Assembly (NCBI GenBank): GCA_021788645.1
Contig: JAJYKK010000002.1
Span: forward strand, 73,481-137,480
DNA: 64,000 bases
Direction: 5' to 3'
Source: Pseudomonadota bacterium
GTDB lineage: Bacteria > Pseudomonadota > Gammaproteobacteria > Burkholderiales > JAKAFK01
Positions within the stretch are counted from its first letter, which is position 1; each line of letters begins with the position of its first letter. The position numbers were made by a program, and so were the translations under genes. Under the pieces are notes generated by a model. The model was not told where the DNA came from, did no database searches, and saw only the letters and a program-made list of their open reading frames with translations. Below, piece after piece: positions 38,329 through 49,701 of this stretch.

Positions 38329-40707
38329 TCAGGCGGAAACAGGTGAAAGGCCCGGTCGAACGCCCATGGCCTCGACCGTGACCTCGCCAAACATGGCGTC
38401 CAGCCCGGCCGTTGCCGGATGCCCGGCGGCCAGCCGCACGCAGCCGTCGGGAAGCCGATCGTCCGCACGCACCCGCACCTCGGCCGCACCCTGCCCCTGG
38501 CGGATGCGCACCCACTCGTCGCTCGCCACGCCCAGCTGCGCCATCAGCCGAGAGGTCATCCAGGCCACCGGCTCGGCCGCATCTTTCGTCGCCTGCAGCG
38601 CGCGCGCGCGGCGCACGATCGCATCGGCGTAGTAGGGAGGGATCTCCCCGATGCGCTCGATCCCGCTCGCCTGCATGTCGGGCAAGGCGCCCTCGCACGC
38701 GACCGTGTTCTCGAGCATCGAGGGGGCCGGCGCGCCGATGGCCATGCGCACGTCGTTGACCGTCTCGTAATCGAAACCCGCCAGCGACAACAAGTTCCCC
38801 AGCACGCGCAGCACCTTCCAGGCCGGACGGGCCTCGCCTTGCGGCGTGACCGCCGCCTGGAAGCTTTGGAGGCGTCCTTCGGTGTTGATGAAGCTCCCCG
38901 CGGTTTCGCTGAAGGGCGCGATGGGCAGAATCACCTCGGCATAGTCGGGGGCGCGCGTCTTGAAGGCGGTGAGCGCCACCACGAACTCGGCTGACTTCAT
39001 GGCGGCCAGCGCACCCGCGGGGTCGCGGCAGTCGAGTTCCGGCTCCACGCCGAGCAGCACATAGGCCCGTCGGGGGCTTGCGAGCATCTCCCCGGCATTG
39101 CGTCCCTGCAGCGCATCGGCGCCTATGGGTCTGGGCACCGCCCCCGCGACGTAGGCGCCCACGCTGTTGGCCGCTTCCCCCAGCACGCCGCAGGTGCTGC
39201 CGGTGACGCGCGCAAGATCCTGCGCCAGCAGGGCGATGCGCCCATAGGCCGGGTGATGTTGGGCCAGATTGCCCAGCAGAACGCCGCTGGCGCGGCCCTC
39301 GATCAAGGCGCGCGCGGTGGCCCGGGCCGCCTCGCGCACCGCGATTGCCGCGCCCTTCCAGCGGGCCGGCACCTCGACGCCTTTATGCTCGCAGGCGGCG
39401 TGCAGAATTTCCGAAATCGCATCCGCCAGTGCGGAAGGACGGACGATCATCCGGCTGGCGATGGGCACCAGGAGGTCGTCGTCGGTGGAATTGACGACGT
39501 GCAATTCGGCGCCGCGCTTCACCGCCTGTCGCAGCCGCTGCGCGATCAGGGGGTGATCCTTGCGCAAGGCGCTGCCGATGACCAGGACGGCGTCGAGCCC
39601 CGAGAGCGAGGCGACGGTCTGGCCCAGCCAGGGCGCGCCGGTGCGCGCGGGGTCAAGGCTGAAGTCGGCCTGCCGAAGACGGTGGTCAACGTTGCCGGTG
39701 CCCAGTCCGCGCATCAGCTTTTGCAGCAGATAGAGCTCTTCCAGCGTGGCGTGCGGCACCGCCAGCGCGCCGATCGCGTCCGGCCCGTGGTCGGCGCGGA
39801 TGCGCGCCAATGCCGTGGCGACGTGTTCCAGCGCCTCCGGCCACTCGCACTCGCGCCAATGCCCATCGCGGGAGATCATCGGGCGCGTCAGCCGTTCCTC
39901 GGCGTTGAGCGCCTCGTAGGAGAAGCGATCCTTGTCGGACAGCCAGCACTCGTTGAGCGCCTCGTTTTCCAGGGGGAGCACCCGCATGACGCGGTTTTGC
40001 TTCACCTGCAGCCGCAGGTTGGAGCCCAGAGCGTCGTGCGGGCTCACCGATAGCCGCGACGAGAGCTCCCAGCTGCGGGCGGTGTAGCGGAACGGCTTGC
40101 TGGTGAGCGCGCCCACCGGACACAGATCGATGACGTTGCCGGACAGCTCGGAATCGACCGTGTGCGCGACGAACGGGGTGATCTCCGCATGCTCGCCGCG
40201 TCCGATCATCCCCAGCTCCTGGATGCCGGCGATCTCTTGTCCGAAGCGCACGCAGCGGGTGCAATGAATGCAGCGGGTCATGTCGGTGGCGACCAGGGGC
40301 CCCAGGTCCTTGTTGAGCACCACCCGCTTGGCCTCTCCATAGCGCGAGCTGCTCGCCCCGTAGCCCACCGCGAGGTCCTGCAGCTGGCACTCGCCCCCCT
40401 GGTCGCAGATGGGACAGTCCAGGGGATGGTTGATCAGGAGAAACTCCATGACCCCCTTTTGGGCCCGAATGGCGTTCTCCGAATGGGTGAACACGCGCAT
40501 CCCCTCGGTCACGGGCGTCGCGCAGGCCGGGAGCGGCTTGGCGGCTTTCTCCACCTGCACGAGGCACATCCGGCAGTTGGCGGCGATGGATAGCTTCTTG
40601 TGGTAGCAGAAATGCGGAATGTAGATCCCGGCCTCGCGCGCGGCATCCATGATGGTGCTGCCGTCCGCCACCGTTACGCCCTTGCCGTCGATCTCAAGTT
40701 CAATCAT
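38329..40707 (-). CDS. nuoG: NADH-quinone oxidoreductase subunit G
   Basis: N-terminal 2Fe-2S/4Fe-4S Cys clusters ([25 protein letters not shown]). 792 aa. Confidence 0.95.
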   Translation of the reverse strand: MIELEIDGKGVTVADGSTIMDAAREAGIYIPHFCYHKKLSIAANCRMCLVQVEKAAKPLPACATPVTEGMRVFTHSENAIRAQKGVMEFLLINHPLDCPICDQGGECQLQDLAVGYGASSSRYGEAKRVVLNKDLGPLVATDMTRCIHCTRCVRFGQEIAGIQELGMIGRGEHAEITPFVAHTVDSELSGNVIDLCPVGALTSKPFRYTARSWELSSRLSVSPHDALGSNLRLQVKQNRVMRVLPLENEALNECWLSDKDRFSYEALNAEERLTRPMISRDGHWRECEWPEALEHVATALARIRADHGPDAIGALAVPHATLEELYLLQKLMRGLGTGNVDHRLRQADFSLDPARTGAPWLGQTVASLSGLDAVLVIGSALRKDHPLIAQRLRQAVKRGAELHVVNSTDDDLLVPIASRMIVRPSALADAISEILHAACEHKGVEVPARWKGAAIAVREAARATARALIEGRASGVLLGNLAQHHPAYGRIALLAQDLARVTGSTCGVLGEAANSVGAYVAGAVPRPIGADALQGRNAGEMLASPRRAYVLLGVEPELDCRDPAGALAAMKSAEFVVALTAFKTRAPDYAEVILPIAPFSETAGSFINTEGRLQSFQAAVTPQGEARPAWKVLRVLGNLLSLAGFDYETVNDVRMAIGAPAPSMLENTVACEGALPDMQASGIERIGEIPPYYADAIVRRARALQATKDAAEPVAWMTSRLMAQLGVASDEWVRIRQGQGAAEVRVRADDRLPDGCVRLAAGHPATAGLDAMFGEVTVEAMGVRPGLSPVSA

Positions 40708-40740
40708 AGGAATTCCCGATCGTTCCTCGCGCCGCCCGCC

Positions 40741-42006
40741 CTACACCATGCAGCTGCCATGCTGGATGTGGTGCTCGAATTCGGCCCGGTAATGCTTGAG
40801 GAAGCTCTTGACCGGCGTGGCCGCCGCATCGCCCAGGCCGCAGATCGTGCGCCCCCCGATGTTGCTCGCCGCCTGCTCGAGCAGATCCAGGTCCTCGGGG
40901 CGTCCCTGCCCGTGTTCGATGCGATGAATGATCCGGTACAGCCATCCGGTGCCTTCCCGGCACGGCGTGCACTGCCCGCACGATTCCTCGAAATAGAAAT
41001 ATGACAGCCGCTCGAGCGCGCGAACCATGCACACGGTATCGTCCATGATGATCACCGACCCCGCGCCCAGGGACGAACCCGCCTTGGCGATCGCATCGTA
41101 GTCCATGGTCAGATCCATCATCACCTCACCGGGCACCACGGGGACCGAGGATCCGCCCGGGATGCACGCCTTGAGGCGGCGCCCGCCGCGCATGCCGCCC
41201 GCCAGATCGAGAAGCTCCCGGAAGGGCGTGCCGAGCGGTACTTCGTAGTTACCCGGCCGGTTGACGTGCCCTGACACGGAAAAGATCTTGGTGCCGCCGT
41301 TGTTGGGCTTGCCCAGCTCGAGAAACTTCTGGCCGCCGTGCCGGACGATGTACGGGATGCAGGCGTAGGTCTCGGTGTTGTTGATGTTGGTGGGTTTGCC
41401 GTACAGGCCGAAGCTCGCCGGAAAGGGCGGCTTGAAGCGCGGCTGCCCCTTCTTGCCCTCAATGGACTCGAGCAGCGCCGTTTCCTCGCCGCAGATGTAG
41501 GCGCCGTACCCGTGATGGTTATGGAGGTGGAAACAGAAATCCGTGCCGAACAGGCGATCGCCGAGGAACCCGCCCGCGTAGGCCTCGGCCACCGCCTCCT
41601 CGCAGCGTTCATAGACCTCGAAGATCTCGCCGTGAATATAGTTGTAGCCCGTCCTGATGTTCATCGTATAGGCGGCGATCGCCATCCCCTCGATCACGAC
41701 ATGGGGATTGAAGCGCAGGATATCGCGGTCCTTGAAGGTGCCCGGTTCGCCCTCGTCGGAATTGCACACGAGATACTTGTCGCCCGGCAAATGGCGCGGC
41801 ATGAAGCTCCATTTGAGCCCGGTCGGAAAGCCGGCGCCGCCGCGCCCCCGCAGGCCCGACTTCTTGACCTCGTTGATGATCGCCTCGGGCGCCACCTGCT
41901 CCGTCACGAGGCGGCGCAAGGTTTCATAGCCGCCGGCGCTGCGATACGTCTCGAGGGTCCACGGGCGATCCAGATGCCGGGTATTGAAGATGACTTCGTT
42001 GGCCAT
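40741..42006 (-). CDS. nuoF: NADH-quinone oxidoreductase subunit F
   Basis: [26 protein letters not shown] motif and [12 protein letters not shown] cluster motif. Confidence 0.95.
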   Translation of the reverse strand: MANEVIFNTRHLDRPWTLETYRSAGGYETLRRLVTEQVAPEAIINEVKKSGLRGRGGAGFPTGLKWSFMPRHLPGDKYLVCNSDEGEPGTFKDRDILRFNPHVVIEGMAIAAYTMNIRTGYNYIHGEIFEVYERCEEAVAEAYAGGFLGDRLFGTDFCFHLHNHHGYGAYICGEETALLESIEGKKGQPRFKPPFPASFGLYGKPTNINNTETYACIPYIVRHGGQKFLELGKPNNGGTKIFSVSGHVNRPGNYEVPLGTPFRELLDLAGGMRGGRRLKACIPGGSSVPVVPGEVMMDLTMDYDAIAKAGSSLGAGSVIIMDDTVCMVRALERLSYFYFEESCGQCTPCREGTGWLYRIIHRIEHGQGRPEDLDLLEQAASNIGGRTICGLGDAAATPVKSFLKHYRAEFEHHIQHGSCMV

Positions 42007-42013
42007 ATCGGGT

Positions 42014-42487
42014 CTATTCCAGCTCGGAGAGGAGGCGATCGATCGTCTCCGGCGTAAGGAAGCCCTCCATGCGATGATTGTTGATGGTGCACAAGGGGGC
42101 ATCGCCGCAGGCGCCCATGCATTCGGCGGCCCGCAGCGTGAATTTGCCGTCGGCGGTGGTTTGTCCCACCTCGATGTTGAGGCGCTTCTTCAGATGCTCG
42201 ACGATATCCAGGGCGCCCGAGAGGGAACAGGAAAGATTGGTGCACACCGTGATCTTGTACCGGCCCACGGGCGCGAGCTCATACATGTTGTAGAAGGTGG
42301 CGACCTCGCGCACCGCGATCGGCGGCATGTCGAGATACTGGGCCACGAACGCCATGGTCTCGTCGGACAGCCAGCCCTTCTCGACCTGGGCGAGCCGCAG
42401 AGCCGACATCACCGCCGAGCGGCGCTGCTCGGGCGGGTACTTGGCGATTTCCTTGTCGATGGCGGCGAGTGTTTCGCTGGATAGCAT
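42014..42487 (-). CDS. nuoE: NADH-quinone oxidoreductase subunit E
   Basis: 2Fe-2S motifs ([15 protein letters not shown]). 157 aa. Confidence 0.95.
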   Translation of the reverse strand: MLSSETLAAIDKEIAKYPPEQRRSAVMSALRLAQVEKGWLSDETMAFVAQYLDMPPIAVREVATFYNMYELAPVGRYKITVCTNLSCSLSGALDIVEHLKKRLNIEVGQTTADGKFTLRAAECMGACGDAPLCTINNHRMEGFLTPETIDRLLSELE

Positions 42488-43741
42488 TTAGCGGTCGATC
42501 TCCCCAAACACGATGTCCTGCGTTCCGATGATGGCCACGACGTCGGCGATCATATGCCCGCGCGCCATCTCATCCATGGCGGCCAGATGCGCGAAGCCGG
42601 GCGCGCGGATCTTCATGCGATAGGGCTTGTTCGCCCCGTCGGAAACCAAGTAGATGCCGAACTCGCCCTTGGGGTGCTCCACAGCCGCATAGGCCTCGCC
42701 CTCGGGGACGTGCATGCCCTCGGTGAAGAGCTTGAAATGGTGAATCAGCTCTTCCATGCTTTCCTTCATCGCCAGCCGCGAGGGCGGCGCCACTTTGTGG
42801 TTGTCCGCGATCACCGGCCCCGGATGCGTACGCAGCCAGTCGACGCACTGCCGGATGATCCGGTTGGACTGGCGCATCTCCTCGATGCGCACGAGGTAGC
42901 GGTCATAGCAATCGCCGTTGACCCCGACCGGGATATCGAATTCGACCTGCTCGTAGGCCTCGTACGGCTGCTTCTTGCGCAAGTCCCACTCGACCCCGGA
43001 GCCGCGCAGCATCGGTCCGGTGAAACCCAGCGCCAGTGCCCGCTCGGGCGATACGACCCCGATGCTGACGGTGCGCTGCTTCCAGATGCGATTGTCGGTC
43101 AGCAGCGTCTCGTACTCATCGACATAGCCGGGAAAGCGCCGCGTGAAGTCCTCGATGAAATCGAGCAGCGAACCGGAGCGGTTCTCGTTGAGCTCCTTGA
43201 CCGCGGCGGCATGGTGATAACGGCTCGCCGCATATTGCGGCATGCTGTCCGGAAGATCGCGGTAGACGCCACCGGGCCGGTAGTAGGCCGCATGCAGCCG
43301 CGCCCCGGAGACCGCTTCGTAGCAGTCCATCAGGTCCTCGCGCTCGCGGAAGGCATAGAGGAAGACGGTCATTGCGCCCACGTCGAGCGCATGCGCCCCC
43401 AGCCAGAGCAGATGGTTGAGCAACCGCGTGATCTCGTCGAACATCACCCGGATGTACTGCGCGCGAATGGGCACTTCGAGCCCGAGCAGCTTCTCCACCG
43501 CCATGACGTAGGCGTGCTCGTTGCACATCATCGACACATAGTCCAGGCGGTCCATATAGGGCAGCGCCTGGAGGAAGGTCTTGTTCTCGGCGAGCTTCTC
43601 GGTGGCCCGGTGCAGGAGGCCGATATGGGGGTCCGCCCGCTCGATGACCTCCCCGTCCAGTTCGAGGACGAGCCGGAGCACGCCGTGGGCCGCCGGATGC
43701 TGCGGTCCGAAGTTCATGGTGTAGTTGCGGATTTCAGCCAC
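42488..43741 (-). CDS. nuoD: NADH-quinone oxidoreductase subunit D
   Basis: GTG start gives (M)[23 protein letters not shown], the canonical NuoD N-terminus. It overlaps the nuoC end by 8 nt. The track ORF is over-extended. Confidence 0.95.
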   Translation of the reverse strand: MAEIRNYTMNFGPQHPAAHGVLRLVLELDGEVIERADPHIGLLHRATEKLAENKTFLQALPYMDRLDYVSMMCNEHAYVMAVEKLLGLEVPIRAQYIRVMFDEITRLLNHLLWLGAHALDVGAMTVFLYAFREREDLMDCYEAVSGARLHAAYYRPGGVYRDLPDSMPQYAASRYHHAAAVKELNENRSGSLLDFIEDFTRRFPGYVDEYETLLTDNRIWKQRTVSIGVVSPERALALGFTGPMLRGSGVEWDLRKKQPYEAYEQVEFDIPVGVNGDCYDRYLVRIEEMRQSNRIIRQCVDWLRTHPGPVIADNHKVAPPSRLAMKESMEELIHHFKLFTEGMHVPEGEAYAAVEHPKGEFGIYLVSDGANKPYRMKIRAPGFAHLAAMDEMARGHMIADVVAIIGTQDIVFGEIDR

Positions 43742-44327
43742 CGTAGTTCTCCTCGCGGACGATGCGCGGCACGAGTTCACGGGGTTCGATGCTGACCGGC
43801 TGATAGACGACCCGCCGCTCGTCGGGGTCATAGCGCATCTCGACGTGGCCTGAGAGCGGGAAGTCCTTGCGGAACGGATGCCCCACGAAGCCATAATCGG
43901 TGAGAAGACGCCGCAGATCGGGGTGGTTCTCGAACAGGATGCCGTACAGGTCGAAGGCCTCCCGTTCATACCAGTTGGCGCCAGGCCACAGCGGAAGCAC
44001 CGAAGGCACCAGGGGCCATGCCTCATCGGCGGCGAATACCCGCACGCGCAGCCGCCAGTTGTGCGTCACCGACAGCAGGTGATAAACCACGGCAAAGCGC
44101 GGCCCCTGCCATTTGCCGTCGCCGTGTTGGGCATAGTCGATGCCCGCCAGGTCGATCAGCTGCTCGAAGCGAAGGCGGGCATCGTCCCGAAGCGCCTGCG
44201 CGGCCTCCAGCCACGCGTCGGCGCCCACGACCAGTGTGAGTTCCTCAAGCCTTTCAGTGAGAGAGACAACCTTCCCCTCCAGGGTCTCGGCGATCGCCGC
44301 AGCCAGTCTGTCCAGTGAGGACGCCAT
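43734..44327 (-). CDS. nuoC: NADH-quinone oxidoreductase subunit C
   Basis: 197 aa, with [14 protein letters not shown] motif. Confidence 0.95.
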   Translation of the reverse strand: MASSLDRLAAAIAETLEGKVVSLTERLEELTLVVGADAWLEAAQALRDDARLRFEQLIDLAGIDYAQHGDGKWQGPRFAVVYHLLSVTHNWRLRVRVFAADEAWPLVPSVLPLWPGANWYEREAFDLYGILFENHPDLRRLLTDYGFVGHPFRKDFPLSGHVEMRYDPDERRVVYQPVSIEPRELVPRIVREENYGG

Positions 44328-44455
44328 TCACATCCCGGTGCCGGCGCCGCCTCCCCGGGTCTGGGTGACCCGGACGTGCCGCGTGGCCCCGCTCCTATGC
44401 AAGAATTGATCTGTTCGTCGGGGTCAACACTCGCCCCATGCGTTCCGCCTGCCCC

Positions 44456-44932
44456 TCAGCGCGCAATCGTGTTGGTCCGCCTGATCTTGTTCTGCAGCTG
44501 CAAGATGCCATAGAGCAGCGCTTCCGCCGTCGGCGGGCAGCCCGGAACATAGATGTCCACCGGAACGATGCGATCGCACCCGCGCACCACCGAATACGAG
44601 TAGTGGTAATAGCCCCCGCCGTTCGCGCACGAGCCCATGGAAATCACCCAGCGCGGCTCGGCCATCTGGTCGTACACCTTGCGCAACGCCGGCGCCATCT
44701 TGTTGGTCAGGGTACCGGCCACGATCATCACGTCGGACTGCCTGGGGCTTGGGCGGAAGACCACACCAAAGCGATCCAGGTCGTAGCGCGAGGCCCCCGC
44801 CTGCATCATCTCCACCGCACAGCAGGCGAGCCCGAAGGTCATCGGCCAGAGCGAGCCCGTGCGGGTCCAGTTGATGAGCTTGTCCGCCGTGGTGGTCACG
44901 AACCCCTTGTCGAGAACCCCTTCTATTCCCAT
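44456..44932 (-). CDS. nuoB: NADH-quinone oxidoreductase subunit B
   Basis: [15 protein letters not shown] and CPP motifs. The likely start is [11 protein letters not shown] at 44932; an alternative start lies at 44953. Confidence 0.93.
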   Translation of the reverse strand: MGIEGVLDKGFVTTTADKLINWTRTGSLWPMTFGLACCAVEMMQAGASRYDLDRFGVVFRPSPRQSDVMIVAGTLTNKMAPALRKVYDQMAEPRWVISMGSCANGGGYYHYSYSVVRGCDRIVPVDIYVPGCPPTAEALLYGILQLQNKIRRTNTIAR

Positions 44933-45279
44933 TCCAAGGCCCCCTTCGTCCATTCGTACGCGAAGCCCACCAGCAGGATGCCCAAGAACACCATCATGGC
45001 GACGAAACCGGTCCAGCCCAGCTTGTCGAGCACCACCGCCCAGGGAAACAGGAACGCGATCTCAAGATCGAACAGGATGAAAAGGATCGCCACCAGGTAG
45101 TAGCGGACGTCAAATTTCATGCGCGCGTCTTCGAACGCCTCGAAGCCGCACTCGTAGGGAGACAGCTTCTCGCTGTCCGGGCGATGGGGTGCCAGCACGC
45201 GGCCCATCAGCACGGGCACCACGCCGAACGCCAGGCCGACGAGGATGAACAACAAGATGGGAAAATAACCCGCAAGCAT
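44923..45279 (-). CDS. nuoA: NADH-quinone oxidoreductase subunit A
   Basis: [10 protein letters not shown] motif. ATG at 45279 with AGGAG 10 nt upstream. The track start TTG at 45285 is less likely. Confidence 0.93.
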   Translation of the reverse strand: MLAGYFPILLFILVGLAFGVVPVLMGRVLAPHRPDSEKLSPYECGFEAFEDARMKFDVRYYLVAILFILFDLEIAFLFPWAVVLDKLGWTGFVAMMVFLGILLVGFAYEWTKGALEWE

Positions 45280-45487
45280 GTCCAATTGGCTCCTGCACGC
45301 GCGCCCAATGCGATCGCAAAACGCCCCAGTTTAGTTTTGCCGCGAAACCGCTGTCAAGCGCACCTGACACCGGTCGCCCGCCGGCCACGAGGCGGCGGGC
45401 GACGGCCTCCACGGGCGCATGCGGCTGACCGCCGCGTGTGCGGCGGCCGAGCAAAAACGCGGCTTCCGGCGATCCTGCAGACCGAAA

Positions 45488-45853
45488 TTACTTCGGAATG
45501 TCCTTGGGCTTGGGTGCGGCATTGGCCGGGCTCGCCGGCGACGGCAGGGCAGGGCCGCTTGAAGCAGGCAAGCTCTTCGGCATGATCGTGTTCTGCGACG
45601 TCATCACGCCCCCGGGCTTCGCGGTTTGCTCCGACAAATAGGTCAGCCCGAGGCTGGTCATGAAGAACACGGCGGCCAGGATCGCGGTGGTGCGACTCAG
45701 GAAGTTGGCGGATCCTGTCGCGCCGAACAGGCTGCCCGAGGCGCCGCTGCCGAAGGCGGCCCCCATGTCGGCACCCTTCCCGTGCTGCAGCAGCACGAGG
45801 CCGATAATGGCCAGGGCGGCAAGCACATGTACAATCCAGACAAGAATTTCCAT
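45488..45853 (-). CDS. secG: Preprotein translocase subunit SecG
   Basis: LLQHGKGADMGAAFGSGASGSLFG motif. 121 aa. Positioned between tpiA and nuoA. Confidence 0.93.
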   Translation of the reverse strand: MEILVWIVHVLAALAIIGLVLLQHGKGADMGAAFGSGASGSLFGATGSANFLSRTTAILAAVFFMTSLGLTYLSEQTAKPGGVMTSQNTIMPKSLPASSGPALPSPASPANAAPKPKDIPK

Positions 45854-45941
45854 TTCAACCCATCATTGCGTTGTCGAACGCCCACGGGAGGAGGCCTCAG
45901 GGCCTGCCCCGTGGCGCCAGGTCCGGTCAGGCGGCGCGCTG

Positions 45942-46691
45942 CTATGCGGCCATGCAGATGGCCACGAACTCCTCTGCGACCAGGGAAGCCCCGCCGATCA
46001 ACCCGCCGTCGATATCGGGCATAGCGAACAATTGTGCCGCATTCGCCGCCTTTACGCTACCCCCGTATTGGATCGTCAGGCGATCGGCCAGTTCACGGCT
46101 CGCCTGCGCAACCCGCTCCCTGATGAAGGCATGCACGGCCTGCGCCTGTTCCGGCGTCGCGGTCTTGCCGGTGCCGATCGCCCACACGGGTTCGTAGGCC
46201 ACCACGGCGCGAGCGAACAGATCCAGGCCGGCGGCCTCGATCACGGCATCCAGCTGACGGGCCACCACGGCCTCGGTCACCCCTCCCTCCCGCTCGCCGA
46301 GGGACTCGCCCACGCACAGGATGGGAATCAAACCGGCACGAGCCGCGGCGACGAACTTCTTGGCCACCCTTTCATCGTCTTCGCCATACAGCGCACGGCG
46401 CTCGGAATGTCCCACGAGCGCGTAGCGCGCGCCAAAGTCGTTCAGCATCGCCGCCGAGACCTCTCCGGTGTAGGCCCCCTGCGCATGCTCGCTCACGTCC
46501 TGCGCCCCCCACGAAAGGCGCGTGCCGGTCAGCGCGGCCTGCGCCTGGAAAAGATAGGGAAAGGGCACGCACACGCCGAAATCGGCGCCCGTCCGGTCAT
46601 TCAAAGCGGCCGCCAGGGCATCCAGAAGCCCCTGATTCTGCGCCAAATTGCCATGCATCTTCCAATTGCCGACCACGAGCTTTCTTCGCAT
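45942..46691 (-). CDS. tpiA: Triosephosphate isomerase
   Basis: [16 protein letters not shown] and [11 protein letters not shown] motifs. Confidence 0.95.
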   Translation of the reverse strand: MRRKLVVGNWKMHGNLAQNQGLLDALAAALNDRTGADFGVCVPFPYLFQAQAALTGTRLSWGAQDVSEHAQGAYTGEVSAAMLNDFGARYALVGHSERRALYGEDDERVAKKFVAAARAGLIPILCVGESLGEREGGVTEAVVARQLDAVIEAAGLDLFARAVVAYEPVWAIGTGKTATPEQAQAVHAFIRERVAQASRELADRLTIQYGGSVKAANAAQLFAMPDIDGGLIGGASLVAEEFVAICMAA

Positions 46692-46938
46692 CGCCCACCC
46701 CCCCCCAAAAAAAGAGAGCAGATACTACCGGCGATGCCCCCCGGGGTCAATCCCGAGCCCCTGATCATGCGGGCCGCGCCGCTTCCCCGCGCGCCAAATG
46801 CGACAACGAAGTCCGGATTATAGCACCCCGCAGCGCTCTTGCGGCGCCCCGGCAAACACGAGACCGCACGGGATATCCCCATCAGGCCGCCGGGATCGAC
46901 ACGACAGGCGGCAGGGCCGCTCGGAACCGGCGCGGGCA

Positions 46939-48435
46939 CTATCGGGAAATGATCTGATTGGTGCCAGGCTGCGGGGCCTTGCTGACGTGATCCAGATAAA
47001 GCGCGACGAGCAGCCCCACCAATCCCAGGCTCGCCACTGCCGCGATCCAGAATCCGGCGGCCCCGCGTGCGGGGCCGAGGCAATCGGTCAACCCCAGGGT
47101 CACGCCCCCCCCGATGCCCAGGCCCCAGAGCGCACTCGTGTAGATCAGCATCGGGACGCCGGATTTCTTGTAGCCCCTCAGGACGTTGACCGCGGTGGCC
47201 TGCAGGGCGTCCGCGAGATGGTAGAAGCCAACCAGCACGATAAGGTGGGCGGCGACGGCCCGCACCGCGTGCGCCGAGGTATAGAGCGCCGCGATGCGCT
47301 CCGACTGGGTCCACAGCAGCAGGCTGACACCCAGCGCAATCCCTATCCCCAGGCGGATCCCCGTCCAGCTCAGGTGCCGGGCGCCGGCAAGTTGGCCCGC
47401 CCCGACGGCCTGCCCTACGAGCACCGCGGCGGCACTGCCGAGCGCCAGCGGGATCATATAGGCGAACACCGCGATGTTCGCCGCGATCTGGTGGGCGGCC
47501 GAATACACGGGGCCCAGCCGGGCGATGAAAAGCGCCATGAACGTGAACGCCGTCACGTCGGCGAAGAAGGTCAATCCTATGGGCACACCGAGCCTCATGA
47601 AGGACACGATGGCCTTCCAGTCAGGCCAGGACCACCGCGCATGGAGATTGAATTGCGCGTAGTCGCGTCGGGTCAGGCACCAGCCCCAGGCGAGAACCGC
47701 CATCAGATTGGCATCGATGGCGGTTGCGACGGCGCATCCGGGCGCTCCCATGCGCGGGACGCCGTACAGGCCATACATCAACAGATAGTTCAGGGGCACC
47801 TTGAGGGCGAGGGCCAGAAGGTTGAACATCGTCACCGGCCACGGACGGCCGATCCCGGTCGAAAAGCCAAAGAAAAGGCGGAATGCGAGCGTGCCGGGCA
47901 CGCCCCAAGCGGAGGCCGCCAGGTAGCTTCGCACCTTTTCCGCCACCCCGGGCTGCAACCGGGACACCGCCATGAAGGGGCCCGGATGCGTCAACGCGAT
48001 GATCGAAAGGAGCGCCAACGCGAGCGATACCCATAGGCTCTGGTGAATCTCCCGGCCGATCGCTTCGCAACGGCCGGCCCCGTAAAGCTGGCCGACAAGC
48101 GGCGGCAACGCCAGCAAGACGCCGAGCAAAGACATGAATACAGTGGCCTGAATAGACGCCCCGATGCCCACCGCAGCGAGATCAATCGTGGACAGATGCC
48201 CGGCCATCGCGGTGTCAATCACGGCATTCGCAAGGACGGCGATCTGGGCGACATATATGGGCCATGCCAGCCGCAGGATGGCGAGCGCGTGCGAGGGTGA
48301 CGGATTATGGTCTGCGGGGGGCGTCAAACTGGTCTTTCGCTGGATTTTGAGGGAGCATTCTATCGCACTGCGCCGCGATGCGCCGAGGCACAGGCGAAGC
48401 GGGTACGACGTCGGCAGCACCGTGCAAATCCTCAC
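46939..48435 (-). CDS. MATE-family multidrug/toxin efflux transporter (NorM-like)
   Basis: 12-TM-type sequence with ILRLAWPIYVAQ...DTAMAGHLS N-terminal MATE motif. The start is uncertain: GTG at 48435 is the maximal ORF, and TTG at 48327 would give a typical-length N-terminus. Confidence 0.8.
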   Translation of the reverse strand: MRICTVLPTSYPLRLCLGASRRSAIECSLKIQRKTSLTPPADHNPSPSHALAILRLAWPIYVAQIAVLANAVIDTAMAGHLSTIDLAAVGIGASIQATVFMSLLGVLLALPPLVGQLYGAGRCEAIGREIHQSLWVSLALALLSIIALTHPGPFMAVSRLQPGVAEKVRSYLAASAWGVPGTLAFRLFFGFSTGIGRPWPVTMFNLLALALKVPLNYLLMYGLYGVPRMGAPGCAVATAIDANLMAVLAWGWCLTRRDYAQFNLHARWSWPDWKAIVSFMRLGVPIGLTFFADVTAFTFMALFIARLGPVYSAAHQIAANIAVFAYMIPLALGSAAAVLVGQAVGAGQLAGARHLSWTGIRLGIGIALGVSLLLWTQSERIAALYTSAHAVRAVAAHLIVLVGFYHLADALQATAVNVLRGYKKSGVPMLIYTSALWGLGIGGGVTLGLTDCLGPARGAAGFWIAAVASLGLVGLLVALYLDHVSKAPQPGTNQIISR

Positions 48436-48534
48436 GCCACCCCATGCCTCGGGGCGCGATCAGGCCACGCGCTTCGCGCAGGGACTCCCTCGCTCAAGAC
48501 GGTCCGCCCCGGAAACATGCGGCGTGACATCTGA

Positions 48535-48577
48535 TTGTCACACTTGTCACATTTCGGTCATCTTTGTCCTTTAGAAT
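48535..48577 (+). promoter_or_regulatory. Pho-box-like promoter (PhoB binding repeats replacing the -35, plus a TAGAAT -10)
   Basis: There are four TGTCA-like half-sites: TTGTCAC 48535, TTGTCAC 48544, GGTCAT 48556 and TTGTCC 48564. The 18-mer 48544-48561 (TTGTCACATTTCGGTCAT) matches CTGTCATAWAWCTGTCAY at 14/18 with 11-bp repeat spacing. TAGAAT begins 10 bp downstream. The site lies upstream of pstC. Confidence 0.65.
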
Positions 48578-48729
48578 ACGCGGAGGAACTCGCCGGAACT
48601 GCTGTCTTGCCGCTGGGCCGCACGGCAGGGCTGCGACGCCGCCCGCACGCCCGGCAACAAATATTGTCCCATTGCGACTATAATAGGGGGCCTTTTTTGC
48701 TGCCATCAGACTTGCCCAACCAGGCCACG

Positions 48730-49692
48730 ATGTCCAAAACATTCACCGACGCCCATCTCAACCGACAACGCCTGCTTGATCGCGGTTTCCGGGGCGCCAC
48801 TCGCTTCTTCGCCTTCTCCGTCCTGGCCGTGCTGCTCGGCATCATCGGATCGCTGATCGTGGGCAGCATGCCTGCCATCAAGGCCTTCGGCTTCCATTTC
48901 CTGGTCAGCCGGCACTGGAATCCAGTGACCGACAACTTTGGCGCGGCCGTTGCCGTGTACGGCACGCTGGTCACCTCCGTGATCGCCATGCTGATCGGCA
49001 TACCGGTCAGCTTCGGCATTGCCTTGTTTCTCACGGAACTCTCGCCACGCTGGCTGAAGCAGCCCCTCGGAATCGCCGTCGAGCTGCTGGCCGGAATCCC
49101 CAGCATCATCTATGGCATGTGGGGTCTGTTCGTCTTCGCCCCCGCGTTCGCCGACAAGGTTGAACCCTGGATCAGCGACAAAATGGGCAACTGGCCCGTG
49201 GTCGGCCCCATCTTCAACGGCCCCCCCATGGGCATCGGGATGCTGGCCGCCGGCCTCATCCTCTCGATCATGGTGATCCCCTTCATCGCCTCGGTCATGC
49301 GCGACGTCTTCGAGATCGTCCCGGCCATGCTCAAGGAGTCGGCCTACGGGCTCGGCGCCACCACCTGGGAAGTGGTGTGGCATGTCGTTCTCCCCTACAC
49401 CAAGGCGGGCGTCGTCGGCGGCATCATGCTGGGACTTGGCCGCGCATTGGGCGAGACGATGGCGGTCACCTTCGTCATCGGCAATGCCCATGACTTCAGC
49501 GCATCGCTCCTCATGCCGGGAACGAGCATCGCCTCGTCGATCGCCAACGAATTCACCGAGGCCTATGGCAAGCGCTATGCGGGTTCCCTGATCGAACTCG
49601 GCCTCATCTTGTTCGTCATCACGTTCGTCGTGCTGTCCTTGGCCAAACTGCTGCTCATCCAGTTGACCAGGAAGGAAGGCCAGCTGTCCTGA
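48730..49692 (+). CDS. pstC: Phosphate ABC transporter permease PstC
   Basis: Close resemblance to E. coli PstC ([41 protein letters not shown]). ATG at 48730. An alternative TTG at 48697 has AGGGGG 6 nt upstream. Confidence 0.92.
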   Translation: MSKTFTDAHLNRQRLLDRGFRGATRFFAFSVLAVLLGIIGSLIVGSMPAIKAFGFHFLVSRHWNPVTDNFGAAVAVYGTLVTSVIAMLIGIPVSFGIALFLTELSPRWLKQPLGIAVELLAGIPSIIYGMWGLFVFAPAFADKVEPWISDKMGNWPVVGPIFNGPPMGIGMLAAGLILSIMVIPFIASVMRDVFEIVPAMLKESAYGLGATTWEVVWHVVLPYTKAGVVGGIMLGLGRALGETMAVTFVIGNAHDFSASLLMPGTSIASSIANEFTEAYGKRYAGSLIELGLILFVITFVVLSLAKLLLIQLTRKEGQLS

Positions 49693-49701
49693 TATGAGGC
49701 T

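Noticed and set aside
45854-45941. Nested GC hairpin (CCACGGG...AGGCC-CTGA-GGCCT...CCCGTGG) between tpiA and secG as a terminator
   Set aside because: No U-tract follows it, and tpiA-secG are normally co-transcribed. It is more likely a stabilising or processing structure or a chance GC palindrome, and there is not enough evidence to call it.
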